Source of the DNA: Bacteroidales bacterium UBA1205 | GTDB taxonomy: Bacteria; Bacteroidota; Bacteroidia; Bacteroidales; WCHB1-69 | Direction of reading: 5' to 3' | DNA: 64,000 nucleotides | Assembly: GCA_002309615.1 (NCBI GenBank) | Contig: DBXT01000057.1 | Span: 3,408 to 67,407, forward strand | In this document: piece after piece, positions 28,328-38,303 of the stretch | Layout: the number at the start of each line of letters is the position of its first letter | Numbering within the stretch: position 1 is the first letter of the stretch | Notes under the pieces: generated by a model | Databases searched by the model: none | What the model saw: the letters and a program-made list of their open reading frames with translations, nothing else | What the model was told of the DNA's origin: nothing | Made by a program: the position numbers and the translations under genes

Positions 28328-29561
28328 GTTGTATATTGTTTGTTCCTTCAACTATGCTGTTATCTGTTCCTGCTAATTGTCTTTTTTTGCTGTTTTTATG
28401 GCGTTCTTTGTTGATACGATTGGCTTCTTTACTAATATTGATTAATATGCCTATTTCTGCCGCGGTGGTGAGTATAGACACCCCGCCTTTGCTAAAGAAA
28501 GGAAGGGTTTCCCCTGTGGCAGGAGCTATTCCTAAGCATACGCAAATATGAGTAAATGCTTGAAATGTAATCAAAAAACCGATTCCGGTGGCTAAATATC
28601 CCCCGAACCCTATGGGCATAATTCTCGCTATGGTGATGGCTCTATAGAACAATATTAAATACATTAAAATCAAAAGAGCTCCGAAAAGTATGCCGTATTC
28701 TTCTACAAAGAATGCGAATATATAGTCGGAATAACTTTCTTGTACGCTGTTGCTATGAATGGTGGTGCCCGGGTGAGGCAATATGCTGCTACAAGCTATA
28801 GCCGCCTCGGTAGTGAGTATATCTTTGTGTACATTATCCTTGTTGCTAAAATTTTCTATACGTACTTTAGCCGTAGTCAGTCGTTTAAACACTTTGTTTT
28901 CCGCCTGCGTGTTAATGGCATCGGACATAAGAAAGGCTATACCTATGCTTAGCAGCACTACAGCAATACCGATGGTTGCAAACAGATATTTACTTTTAAG
29001 TCGGGATACAAATATCATAGCCATGCATGTGCATCCTAATATAAGACTTGCCGATGTTTTTTGTGTCATAATAAGAGCACAGAAAAACAGCACGTAAAAC
29101 AACATAGGCAGATAGATATGCTTAATGTCGTTAATTTTGTCTTTAGCTCTGCTAATCCACGCGGATAGATATACTACCACACAAAATTCTATGAAATGTA
29201 TGGTTTGAATTTTGTGACCGAAAATTTCTATACTACGTTTGGAGCCTCCTTCCGACACCCCTAATAACAATGTGGCAAATAATACTATAATACCGATTAT
29301 AAGTCCTAAGGTGGATAATCGGCCCCATGTTCTGTAATTAACCTTTTGGAATACGAAAATCACAATAAAACTCAATAAGATAAACATTACGTGACCCGAA
29401 AAAAGAAAGCCCAAACTATCGCGGCTGCCGTAGCTGAGTTTGGCTCCGGTACTATACACTGCCATAATGGAAAACGTTGCCAATATAAAAACAACTATCC
29501 ATATTATGGTATCTCCGTAGTTTTGTTGAGATAGCGATTTAAGTATTTCCTTCGGTTTCAT
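28320..29561 (-). CDS. ftsW: SEDS-family peptidoglycan polymerase FtsW (divergent)
   Basis: About 10 TM segments, YSDYIF..FVEEYG and PATG.TLPF.S.GG motifs; dcw position; start at MKPKE. Confidence 0.85.
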   Translation of the reverse strand: MKPKEILKSLSQQNYGDTIIWIVVFILATFSIMAVYSTGAKLSYGSRDSLGFLFSGHVMFILLSFIVIFVFQKVNYRTWGRLSTLGLIIGIIVLFATLLLGVSEGGSKRSIEIFGHKIQTIHFIEFCVVVYLSAWISRAKDKINDIKHIYLPMLFYVLFFCALIMTQKTSASLILGCTCMAMIFVSRLKSKYLFATIGIAVVLLSIGIAFLMSDAINTQAENKVFKRLTTAKVRIENFSNKDNVHKDILTTEAAIACSSILPHPGTTIHSNSVQESYSDYIFAFFVEEYGILFGALLILMYLILFYRAITIARIMPIGFGGYLATGIGFLITFQAFTHICVCLGIAPATGETLPFFSKGGVSILTTAAEIGILINISKEANRINKERHKNSKKRQLAGTDNSIVEGTNNIQHE

Positions 29562-29583
29562 TGCAATGATCAAATAATGGTTG

Positions 29584-30129
29584 TTACAATTGGGCAATGG
29601 CTTTTCTAAAAGCGAGACCGCGTTGCTTGTAATCGTCAAATTGCGAATCGCATTTACATGCAGTGGAGAGCAACACTATATCTCCTTTTTGGGCGGCATA
29701 AAAACCCTGACGTACAGCTGTTTCCATATTATTGCATTCCAATATCACCGGCACATAGCCGTTGAAGGTTTGTTTTATTTTTTCGCAATGTTCACTCATG
29801 CACACTATGGCTTTTACTTTGTTTTTAACCACTTCCTTCAGGTCTGCATAATTGGTAAGACTATCTTCTCCTCCCACTATCCATATTACATTACTTTTCA
29901 TTTGTTCCAAGCAATAGTAAGTGGCATTCACATTTTCCGATTTGGAATCATTAACAAAATCCACGCCTCTAAAAGTGGTAATATGTTCCATCCGGTGTGT
30001 TTCGGCATCAATTTTGCTTAATATTTCCCCTCTATTACGCTGACGTATGGCTATGAGTCTTTGTTCTAAAAGTTTTGCTTTTTGACTATAGGTTTGGGAG
30101 TTGTCAATTATTAAATCTTCAAATTTCAT
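29584..30129 (-). CDS. Stand-alone C-terminal domain of MurD (truncated MurD-like protein)
   Basis: HRME....GVDFVNDSKSENVNATYY, WIVGG and GDIVLLSTAC...F..Y..RG..F match MurD domain 3; no N-terminal or P-loop domains; occupies the murD slot between mraY and ftsW. Confidence 0.85.
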   Translation of the reverse strand: MKFEDLIIDNSQTYSQKAKLLEQRLIAIRQRNRGEILSKIDAETHRMEHITTFRGVDFVNDSKSENVNATYYCLEQMKSNVIWIVGGEDSLTNYADLKEVVKNKVKAIVCMSEHCEKIKQTFNGYVPVILECNNMETAVRQGFYAAQKGDIVLLSTACKCDSQFDDYKQRGLAFRKAIAQL

Positions 30130-30156
30130 AATGTTGATTGTTAAATGAGTTTAGCA

Positions 30157-31416
30157 TTAGCGTAATTTCAAAGTTACTATAGTAAGCACGGCTAACATCA
30201 GCCCGATGATTACAAAACGTTGTACTATTTTGGTTTCATGCATGCCGGCGCGTTGATAATGGTGGTGAAGGGGAGCCATACGGAACAATCGTTTGCCCTC
30301 CCCGTATTTTTTTCGGGTGTATTTAAAATATCCGCGTTGTATCAATACCGATATACTCTCGGCTAAATAGATACCGCAAAGTATGGGAATAAGCAGTTCT
30401 TTGCGAATAATAATGGCAAACACGGCAACAATACCTCCTAATGCCAAACTTCCCGTATCGCCCATGAACACTTGTGCCGGAAAGCAATTCCACCACATAA
30501 ATCCCAGGCAGGCACCTACTAAGGCACCCGTAAATATCATCAGCTCACCGCTATTAGGGATATACATTATGTTTAAGTAATCAGCAAAAATGGTGTTACC
30601 CGAAACGTAGGCCAGCACACCCAAAGTGGCTCCGATAATAGCGGTAACGGATATGGCTAAACCATCCAGCCCGTCGGTGAGATTGGCACCGTTGCTGACA
30701 GCCATAATAATAAAAATGATAATAGGAATATATACCAGCCATGCCCATTTTTCATAGTCGGGTCCCAGCCATTTTAACAATACGGCATAGTCCAACTCAT
30801 TGTTTTTGAAAAAAGGAATGGTCGTTTTGGTCGATTTTTCAGCTTGTACGCATTCATAACCCGTGGTGCCTTCATTGGGATTGTTTTCTATTTTGAATAC
30901 GTTCTCGGTGTTGACATAATTGGGGTTGCTGCATTTTTCTTTTATCACCACATCGGGATGAAAGAAAAGGACCAAGCCTACGCACAAACCCAGCAAAGCC
31001 TGTCCGCAAAGTTTGGCTTTAGCCGAAAGACCTGCTTTATCGTGTTTTTTTACCTTAATATAATCGTCAATAAATCCCAGCAAACCCAACCATACGGTGG
31101 TAATTATCATTAGAATGATATAAATGTTGTCAAGTTTATTGAATAATAATATAGGAATGAGTATGCTGAATAATATGATAATCCCACCCATAGTAGGAGT
31201 ACCTTTTTTCTCCAATTGTCCCTGCAGCCCCAAATCTCGAATATCTTCTCCTATTTGGTTCTTTCTTAATATGTTGATGATATATTTGCCTATTATCATT
31301 GACAAAAACAATGATAATAAACCTGCCATAGCAGTTCGGAACGATATGTATTTAAATACCCCTAATCCCGGAATATTGGTAACTTTATCCAACCAATTGA
31401 AAAGATAGTATAACAT
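30157..31416 (-). CDS. mraY: Phospho-N-acetylmuramoyl-pentapeptide transferase
   Basis: [32 protein letters not shown] and MAPLHHH motifs. Confidence 0.97.
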   Translation of the reverse strand: MLYYLFNWLDKVTNIPGLGVFKYISFRTAMAGLLSLFLSMIIGKYIINILRKNQIGEDIRDLGLQGQLEKKGTPTMGGIIILFSILIPILLFNKLDNIYIILMIITTVWLGLLGFIDDYIKVKKHDKAGLSAKAKLCGQALLGLCVGLVLFFHPDVVIKEKCSNPNYVNTENVFKIENNPNEGTTGYECVQAEKSTKTTIPFFKNNELDYAVLLKWLGPDYEKWAWLVYIPIIIFIIMAVSNGANLTDGLDGLAISVTAIIGATLGVLAYVSGNTIFADYLNIMYIPNSGELMIFTGALVGACLGFMWWNCFPAQVFMGDTGSLALGGIVAVFAIIIRKELLIPILCGIYLAESISVLIQRGYFKYTRKKYGEGKRLFRMAPLHHHYQRAGMHETKIVQRFVIIGLMLAVLTIVTLKLR

Positions 31417-31481
31417 AAATACGAAATTGTTAAAAGTTGTTAAATGTTAATTGTTTATGAGTTATAATTGTTAATACTTAT

Positions 31482-32936
31482 TTACATATTGATATATTTT
31501 TTTGCTTCTTCTACATCATCAAAATGATGTTTTATTCCTTTTATTTCTTGGTATTTTTCATGCCCTTTTCCTGCAATAAGCACTATACTGTTGGCAGGAG
31601 CTTGTGTAATGGCAGCCTTTATGGCTTGGCGTCGGTCGGCAATAATCAATGTGGTGTTGGCGTAGGTGGAGTTTACCCCTTTTTCCATATCCGCCAATAT
31701 GGCTTCGGGATCTTCGCTACGAGGATTGTCGGAAGTGAGTATTACTCTGTTGCTTAGCTTACAAGCTATTTCCGCCATTTCCGGTCGTTTGGTTTTATCT
31801 CTGTCGCCGCCGCAACCCACCACGGTGATAATTGTTTGTGATTTATCGCTGGCGTGATTGATGGTTTCCAATACATTTTGCAAAGCATCGGGGGTATGTG
31901 CATAATCGATAATCACACTCACATTATTGCCCTTGATGGTGTAAAATCTTCCTTCTGCGGCGTCCAGCATGCTCATTTTAACCAAACATTCATCTTTGTT
32001 TGCCCCCAGTAGCACACTAGCGCCGTATATGCATAGCAAGTTGTAAGCATTGAATTGTCCTACCAATTTAAACCACACCTCTTTACCGTCTATCAAAAGC
32101 AGGATACCGTCTAAATTGCATTCCAGCATTTTGGCCTTGAAATCGCAGTTGCCGTTCAACAGGCTATAGGTATATTTATGAGCTTTGGTTTCTTGCAGCA
32201 TCACGTTGCCGTTAGGGTCGTCAATGTTGGTTAAGGCAAAAGCGGAATCGGGTAAATGGTCGAAAAACATTTTTTTAGCATTCCTATATTCGGCAAATGT
32301 TTTGTGATAGTCCAAATGGTCGTGGGTGAGATTACTAAATATACCTCCTGCAAAGTGCAGACCGGCAATTCTATTTTGAACAATGGAATGCGAACTCACT
32401 TCCATGAAGCAATATTCACATCCCGCTTCTACCATTTTAGCCATCAATTCGTTGAGCTTTACACTATCGGGGGTGGTGTGGGTGCTGGGGATTACAAGGT
32501 CGTTAATGCGATTTTCTATAGTGCTGAGCAATCCCGTTTTTTTGCCCAATAAACAAAACAGGCGATAAAGCAGGGTTACGGTAGTGGTTTTGCCGTTTGT
32601 ACCGGTAATGCCTACCAATTTTAGTTTTTGTGAGGGGTGGTCATAAAAATTAGCAGCCATTAAAGCCAATGCCAATGAAGAATTTTGTACTTGGATGTAG
32701 CATATTTCCGGCTGCAGGTCGTTAGGCATGTCTTCCAACACTATATAGCGTGCTCCTGCGGCAATGGCTTGGGGTATAAATTGATGTCCGTCAGTTTTAG
32801 TGCCCTTTTGAGCCACAAACACACAATTGTTTTCCACCTGACGGGTGTCAAAGCATATTTTCGACACCGGCAGGTGTTGAATCTGCTCAATTTTAAGCGT
32901 TTGTATTCCTTTTAGTATGTCTTCTATTTGTTTCAT
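31482..32936 (-). CDS. murE: UDP-MurNAc-tripeptide synthetase (meso-DAP type)
   Basis: GITGTNGKTT, MEVSSH, DYAHTPD, DNPR specificity motif and GKGHE. Confidence 0.96.
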   Translation of the reverse strand: MKQIEDILKGIQTLKIEQIQHLPVSKICFDTRQVENNCVFVAQKGTKTDGHQFIPQAIAAGARYIVLEDMPNDLQPEICYIQVQNSSLALALMAANFYDHPSQKLKLVGITGTNGKTTTVTLLYRLFCLLGKKTGLLSTIENRINDLVIPSTHTTPDSVKLNELMAKMVEAGCEYCFMEVSSHSIVQNRIAGLHFAGGIFSNLTHDHLDYHKTFAEYRNAKKMFFDHLPDSAFALTNIDDPNGNVMLQETKAHKYTYSLLNGNCDFKAKMLECNLDGILLLIDGKEVWFKLVGQFNAYNLLCIYGASVLLGANKDECLVKMSMLDAAEGRFYTIKGNNVSVIIDYAHTPDALQNVLETINHASDKSQTIITVVGCGGDRDKTKRPEMAEIACKLSNRVILTSDNPRSEDPEAILADMEKGVNSTYANTTLIIADRRQAIKAAITQAPANSIVLIAGKGHEKYQEIKGIKHHFDDVEEAKKYINM

Positions 32937-35194
32937 ATATTATTGTTTAAATATATGTAGGCTGTTTTACCGTTAAAACTTATATTGCTAACCTTACCTC
33001 TTCCTTTTACTATAGGATGATATCCTCTTTTTTCCAGTATATACACAGCATCTTTTGCATTGGCACCCGTAAGATAGGGCAGGCGGTCTTTACCTGTTTG
33101 TGCATCTTTGAATATTACTTTATTGTTGTCGGTGTTTTCCACCACGGAATAATCTCCGTGTTGATTGTATTGGGCTTTAATGCCGAATGCTTTGTATATG
33201 GTGATTAAATCATTGCTATAACCCAATTTGCACGAGGGCGTTTGTTTGGCTGAATTTTTGTTAGTGATATCAAATTCGTTCAAATTGGTGATAAGTTTTT
33301 CGGCTATTTCTTTGCATACAGGTGCTGCTATGTAGCCTGCGTCCAAGGTGGTTCCTCTGGTGAGCACCAAGCAGGTGTATTTGGGTGCTTCTGCGGGGAA
33401 ATAACCTATAAACGAAGAATTTTTCTTTTTGGAATAGCCTTTGGCTTTTTCGTCATATATGAAAGCGGTTCCGGTTTTACCCGCAATAAGCGGACGAGCT
33501 ACGGTAGTGGTGTCTTTAAGTTGAATAAAATAGTGCTCGTCTCTTATTCTGCGAGCAGTGCCGTGAGTAACCACTCCTTCCAGGCATGCTTTCACTCTGT
33601 CTATGGTTCGTTGGGAACAAATGCGTTTTTTTACAATTACCGGTTCTAATATCACCTTGTTGTCCCGTTCTTTGTTAGGATCTATTATCGCTTTGATTAA
33701 GCGGGGTTTTACATATACTCCGTTGTTGGCAATAGCATTGTAAAAAGCAAGCATATAAATAGGAGGTATGCTGACACTATAGCCGTGAGTAATATTTTTA
33801 AAATCCCTATTGGTATTGGTTATACTTTTCAAAACGGGCATTTTGGCATGTTTCATTTCTATGTTCAAATCTTTTTGCAACCCCATTTTTTCTATACCCA
33901 ATCCGAAAGCGGAAATGTTCCCGTAGCTTCTTTGTGCAGCTTCAAACAATCCTTCATTATCAGATATTTCAAAGGCACGGGCTAATGAAAATTGTCCTTT
34001 TTCGCATTTTACTATATCTCCGGTATCTATTTTACCCGTTTCTAATGCTGCCATAAGGGTGATTACCTTAAAAGTGGACCCGGGTTCAAAACTTTCCGTA
34101 GCACTATGGTCGTTACGTTCAACATATGTTCCTGTTGCTTGGTCGTAGTCAAGATTGACTATGGCTTTAATTTCTCCTGTGGCCACTTCCATTACTATAG
34201 CACAACCGCTTTCCACATTGCCTTTTAGCATTTGGTGTTCCAATGCCGATTTGGTAATACGTTGTATATCGGTATTGATGGTGGTGATAATATTCTTGCC
34301 GTTATGGGGTTGCAAGTTTCTGTTTTCACGCAGGCGTATGGTTTTCCCGTTAACCTTTAATATACGTTTGGGTATTTTTTCTCCTGCCAAAAGTGTGTCA
34401 TAATAGCCTTCTATACCATTGTTAAAAACCATACTGTCGGTTCCGTTTCTACTGATACAGGTGCTCACCTTTCCTAACACCGATGAGGGGAATCCTCCCG
34501 ACAGCTGTCGGCGAACAAAGCGGCTGTCTTTTTGGCAACCGCCTCTAAAACGTCTGTCTCCGTGCCATTGGGCAAATAAAGAATCGATGGCGTCTATTTG
34601 TCTTTGTCGAACCCAACGATTAGGATTGTTGATATTGGAAACCAATATTTGTACCTTTTCGGAATTGAGCTTCAAGCGTTCTTCTCTCCCTTTGGCGGCC
34701 ACTTTTTTATCTTTGCTGCCTTCTTGTTCATTCGCTATAGCTAAGCGTTTGCAAAAATCCACATACCTGTCTTTTACATTTTTAGTGTAAAAATCTATAG
34801 AATTTTGAGGATTAATACTATGAAAAATTTGTATCAAGCTATCCGCTTTTTGCATAAAAAGAGCAGAATCTTTTAAAGGTACTTTGGAAGGATACCAATA
34901 CAAGTCGTAAATATAGATATCGGTAAGCAAAACGGTGCCGTCTTCGGAACATATATTACCGCGTTTCCCGTTTTCATAAGAATATTCAAAAGAAAAAGTA
35001 CGATGTTGGGTGGTGATGCTGCTGTCGGCAGGAATATTCATGCCGCGATAATATTTACCCAAGGTGGTTTTGATGGTAATCATGCGGATAACGGCAGATA
35101 TACCTATTATGACAAATAATATGTATATGAATTGAATTTTGACACGAAATACTTTTCGTTCTGTTCCTACATTATTATTGTCTGTGGGGCTCAT
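32933..35194 (-). CDS. ftsI: Class B penicillin-binding protein (FtsI/PBP3-like)
   Basis: N-terminal TM, EPGSTFK (SxxK), SDN, AGKTGT, C-terminal PASTA-like segment; dcw position. Confidence 0.85.
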   Translation of the reverse strand: MSPTDNNNVGTERKVFRVKIQFIYILFVIIGISAVIRMITIKTTLGKYYRGMNIPADSSITTQHRTFSFEYSYENGKRGNICSEDGTVLLTDIYIYDLYWYPSKVPLKDSALFMQKADSLIQIFHSINPQNSIDFYTKNVKDRYVDFCKRLAIANEQEGSKDKKVAAKGREERLKLNSEKVQILVSNINNPNRWVRQRQIDAIDSLFAQWHGDRRFRGGCQKDSRFVRRQLSGGFPSSVLGKVSTCISRNGTDSMVFNNGIEGYYDTLLAGEKIPKRILKVNGKTIRLRENRNLQPHNGKNIITTINTDIQRITKSALEHQMLKGNVESGCAIVMEVATGEIKAIVNLDYDQATGTYVERNDHSATESFEPGSTFKVITLMAALETGKIDTGDIVKCEKGQFSLARAFEISDNEGLFEAAQRSYGNISAFGLGIEKMGLQKDLNIEMKHAKMPVLKSITNTNRDFKNITHGYSVSIPPIYMLAFYNAIANNGVYVKPRLIKAIIDPNKERDNKVILEPVIVKKRICSQRTIDRVKACLEGVVTHGTARRIRDEHYFIQLKDTTTVARPLIAGKTGTAFIYDEKAKGYSKKKNSSFIGYFPAEAPKYTCLVLTRGTTLDAGYIAAPVCKEIAEKLITNLNEFDITNKNSAKQTPSCKLGYSNDLITIYKAFGIKAQYNQHGDYSVVENTDNNKVIFKDAQTGKDRLPYLTGANAKDAVYILEKRGYHPIVKGRGKVSNISFNGKTAYIYLNNNI

Positions 35195-35559
35195 TTATCG
35201 TCTCCTTTCTCTTCGGTTTTCGGTACAATAAAAGGCAAATAACCGCTTGTATTAAAATTGTCTATTTCGGCATTCTCCAGCAAAGATTTTTCTATGTTGA
35301 AACCTAAATTGAAAGTTTCCTCTTTTATATCCATAGCTTTATCTCGGCTAAGCATGATTTCTTTGTTGAGTTTTTCTATGGTATTGATTTTATCTATATA
35401 ACTCAATTGTCTATTAATGGCAATAATTACCAATACCAAGATAAAAACAATGAATCCTAAATTTTCTTTCCAAGCAATGTTTTTAAGTATTTTACCGTTA
35501 AAAATATATCGGATAAATCTACGAATGGTTTGTTGGCGTGACAAGTTATGCTGCTCCAT
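35191..35559 (-). CDS. ftsL: FtsL-like cell division protein
   Basis: Small protein with one TM and a coiled coil, between rsmH and the PBP gene. Confidence 0.6.
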   Translation of the reverse strand: MEQHNLSRQQTIRRFIRYIFNGKILKNIAWKENLGFIVFILVLVIIAINRQLSYIDKINTIEKLNKEIMLSRDKAMDIKEETFNLGFNIEKSLLENAEIDNFNTSGYLPFIVPKTEEKGDDK

Positions 35560-36475
35560 TGCCCCTCCTTTCTGCTATACGCAATTTTGCACTGCGGGAG
35601 CGGTTGTTGTTTTCCAGTTCGTTTGCACTCGGAGTAATGGCTTTATGGTTCACGGGCATAAAAGGAGATAAAATGTTGCCGTAAAAATCTTTTTCTATTT
35701 TATCTTCCATATTTCCGCTACGCATAAATTGTTTTACCATTCTATCTTCTAACGAATGATAGGATATGACTACAAGCCTGCCGCCTTCGCGGATTAAATC
35801 TTTGCTTTGTAATAAAAGCATTTCCAATGCTTCCAGTTCTTTGTTCACCTCTATGCGGAGGGCTTGATATACTTGTGCCAAATATTTATATTCTTTGTGC
35901 GGAGTAATACAAGAGGCTATGCGATGTTGAAAGTCCAAGGAATATTTAAATATTGCATTGCTTCGTTCTTGAACGATGGTGTTGGCCAATTTTTTGGCAT
36001 TGCTTATTTCTCCGTATAGGGAAAATATTCTCTGTAGCTCTTCAGCAGAATAGGTATTAACAATATCGCAAGCTTTTAATTGCTTTTGCGTGTTCATACG
36101 CATGTCAAGCTCTCCGTTGCTACGGATGGAAAAACCCCTTTCTTCGCTGTCAAATTGGTGTGACGATACTCCCAAATCGGCTAAAATACCGTCTACTTGG
36201 GTAATCCCGAATGTTTTTAAATAATTTTTGATAAATTTAAAATTGCTGTTTATCAATACAAATCGAGGATCATCTATGGCATTAGCTTGGGCATCGGTAT
36301 CTTGGTCGAAGGCATACAGACGACCTTTTTCATTCAGGCTGTTCAATATAGCCCCGGAATGACCGCCGGCGCCAAAGGTAACATCAACATAGGTTCCCTC
36401 CGGACGGATGTTCATTCCTTGTATGCTCTCTTGGAGCATCACCGCTTTATGGTAAGTTAAATCCGTTTCCTTCAT
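35546..36475 (-). CDS. rsmH: 16S rRNA m4C1402 methyltransferase
   Basis: YVDVTFGAGGHS, DLGVSSHQFD, LDMRM, ISYHSLEDR and RSRSAKLR motifs; start at MKETD. Confidence 0.96.
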   Translation of the reverse strand: MKETDLTYHKAVMLQESIQGMNIRPEGTYVDVTFGAGGHSGAILNSLNEKGRLYAFDQDTDAQANAIDDPRFVLINSNFKFIKNYLKTFGITQVDGILADLGVSSHQFDSEERGFSIRSNGELDMRMNTQKQLKACDIVNTYSAEELQRIFSLYGEISNAKKLANTIVQERSNAIFKYSLDFQHRIASCITPHKEYKYLAQVYQALRIEVNKELEALEMLLLQSKDLIREGGRLVVISYHSLEDRMVKQFMRSGNMEDKIEKDFYGNILSPFMPVNHKAITPSANELENNNRSRSAKLRIAERRGNGAA

Positions 36476-36914
36476 TGAAAATTTCGTTTGCAATTGCGGA
36501 TATATCGTCTGAACTGAATTTTAGCGTATTTTCCATTTGCTTGTTGTAGCATTGAGGATCCCAAAGTTCTATAAACGGGTTAAGTTTAATCACCAACAAC
36601 TCTTTGTCTATTCCGGCATAATTTTTTAAGTCTTTGGGTAAAGAAATGCGATTTTTCCCGTCTAAGGTGATTTCTGTTGCGTTGCCTAAAAAATAGCGTA
36701 CCAATGCTCTTTTTTTAGGATCAAAAACATTAATACGGTTCAATCTGTCGCTCACTATATCCCATATATTGCCCGGATATAGAGTAATACACTTGTCGGT
36801 GCTACGGGTAAGAACATAACGACCGCCGGCTTTCGTGTTAACATCACGAAAGATATCGGAGGGAAGAACAAATCTTCCTCTATCATCTAATTTTACCGTT
36901 CCTTTAAGCGTCAT
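36447..36914 (-). CDS. mraZ: Transcriptional regulator MraZ
   Basis: Two DxxxR-type AbrB repeats (LDDRGRF, LDGKNRI) and IELWD; first gene of the dcw cluster. Confidence 0.88.
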   Translation of the reverse strand: MTLKGTVKLDDRGRFVLPSDIFRDVNTKAGGRYVLTRSTDKCITLYPGNIWDIVSDRLNRINVFDPKKRALVRYFLGNATEITLDGKNRISLPKDLKNYAGIDKELLVIKLNPFIELWDPQCYNKQMENTLKFSSDDISAIANEIFNEGNGFNLP

Positions 36915-36946
36915 GTCTTTGTCTGTTTTTATTATTACCTATATTT

Positions 36947-36983
36947 TCCCATTTATTACACCATTTTTCCCATATTTCCCCCG
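36947..36983 (-). promoter_or_regulatory. Putative MraZ operator (TGGG-type repeats)
   Basis: Minus strand GGGGGAAATATGGGAAAAATGGTGTAATAAATGGGA has G-rich units about every 10 bp, 33-70 bp upstream of mraZ. Confidence 0.55.
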
Positions 36984-37144
36984 CCTTGTTGAAAAAAAAA
37001 CATAAAATCTATGTTTTCTTTTGTCTCGCGGCGACCTTGAGAAAATGAGTGTAATTATTACAAATAGAACGTGTTACGAAGGGTTGTTCACCATTGAATA
37101 TGGATAAAGAACTATCAATGATAAATACTATCCTTCTAACCTTG

Positions 37145-37152
37145 CAAAAATA
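37145..37152 (-). promoter_or_regulatory. Probable -7 promoter element of the dcw operon
   Basis: Minus-strand TATTTTTG(CA). Confidence 0.5.
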
Positions 37153-37285
37153 CTAAATATTTATTCACAATGTACACACATAAACCATAGATTTATTAAC
37201 AAACCATGCAGAATTCTTGACCTGTTAATATTGTTAATAAGTCTGTTAAAATATTGATTTTAAATAAGAAAAGAATATCAATTTT

Positions 37286-38239
37286 CTACAAAACGTTGTT
37301 GATAACTTTGCCGTCAAGGTAGGCATCAATATTTTGGAATACTATTTCTATTCTTTTGTCAAACGATTCTCTGGTGGCATAACCTATATGGGGAGTAATC
37401 CATAGGTTGGGAGCGGAAAACAAGATGTGGTTTTTAGGCAGAGGGGGTTCTATATCAAACACATCGAAAGCGGCAGCGGCAATGGTTTTGGCTTCCAATG
37501 CCAGCACCAAAGCTTGTAAGTCCACCACATTGCCTCTGGCGGTGTTGATGAGCACGGCGTCAGGTTTGCATTTGCAGAGGTTTTCTTTGTTGATAAGGTG
37601 GTGGGTTTCAGGGGTGAGCGGAACGTGCAGGGAGATAATATCCGAAATGCTTAATAGTTCATCCAAAGTGATGTATTGTATACCGGCATTGGAAAGTTCT
37701 TTTTTCTGACTGCGGTTCCATGCATAAACCTTACACCCGAAATGTTGTAGCAATAGTGCGGTACGGCATCCTATGGCACCGGTGCCTACTATACCGACGG
37801 TTTTTCCCGATAGTTGTCTTCCTAAAAAATTGTTACGAGTGCCGCCTTGACGAGTTTTGGCATCCAAAGGAGTGATATTGCGGAACACGTCCAACATCAG
37901 ACCTATCGCCAATTCGCTTACGGCTTCGGTAGCATAGCCCGAAGCGTTGCAAACGGTGATGTTATGATTGCAGCAGTAGTCCAAATCTATATGGTCCACC
38001 CCCGTGAAGGCAATATCCAGCATTTTTAGATGGTTACATTTTGATAACACATTTTTGGAGAGTTTGATGTTAGAAACAATGGCAATATCAGCGTCTTTCA
38101 TTCGCTCTATTAAAGCGTTTTCATCTTCTTGCCTGTCGGTGTGCAATATAAACTCATGACCTTTATTCTGATATTTCTCTTTTATCTTTTCAGCCAGAGC
38201 CTGTCCTATACCTATGGGTTCTACTGCTATTATTTTCAT
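37286..38239 (-). CDS. D-isomer-specific 2-hydroxyacid dehydrogenase
   Basis: TGVDHID, GIVGTGAIG, SLHVPLT, INTARG, DVFDIEP and TPHIG motifs. Confidence 0.92.
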   Translation of the reverse strand: MKIIAVEPIGIGQALAEKIKEKYQNKGHEFILHTDRQEDENALIERMKDADIAIVSNIKLSKNVLSKCNHLKMLDIAFTGVDHIDLDYCCNHNITVCNASGYATEAVSELAIGLMLDVFRNITPLDAKTRQGGTRNNFLGRQLSGKTVGIVGTGAIGCRTALLLQHFGCKVYAWNRSQKKELSNAGIQYITLDELLSISDIISLHVPLTPETHHLINKENLCKCKPDAVLINTARGNVVDLQALVLALEAKTIAAAAFDVFDIEPPLPKNHILFSAPNLWITPHIGYATRESFDKRIEIVFQNIDAYLDGKVINNVL

Positions 38240-38253
38240 GCTTTGAAATGTTT

Positions 38254-38281
38254 AAAAAAGGCAACATGTTTGATGTTGCCC
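38254..38281 (-). terminator. Intrinsic terminator after prs
   Basis: Minus strand GGCAACAT-CAAAC-ATGTTGCC followed by TTTTTT. Confidence 0.7.
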
Positions 38282-38303
38282 TATGAGTAAAATGTTTAAA
38301 TGT

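Noticed and set aside
31417-31481. Absence of murF between murE and mraY
   Set aside because: murF normally lies outside the dcw cluster in Bacteroidota, so this is not unusual
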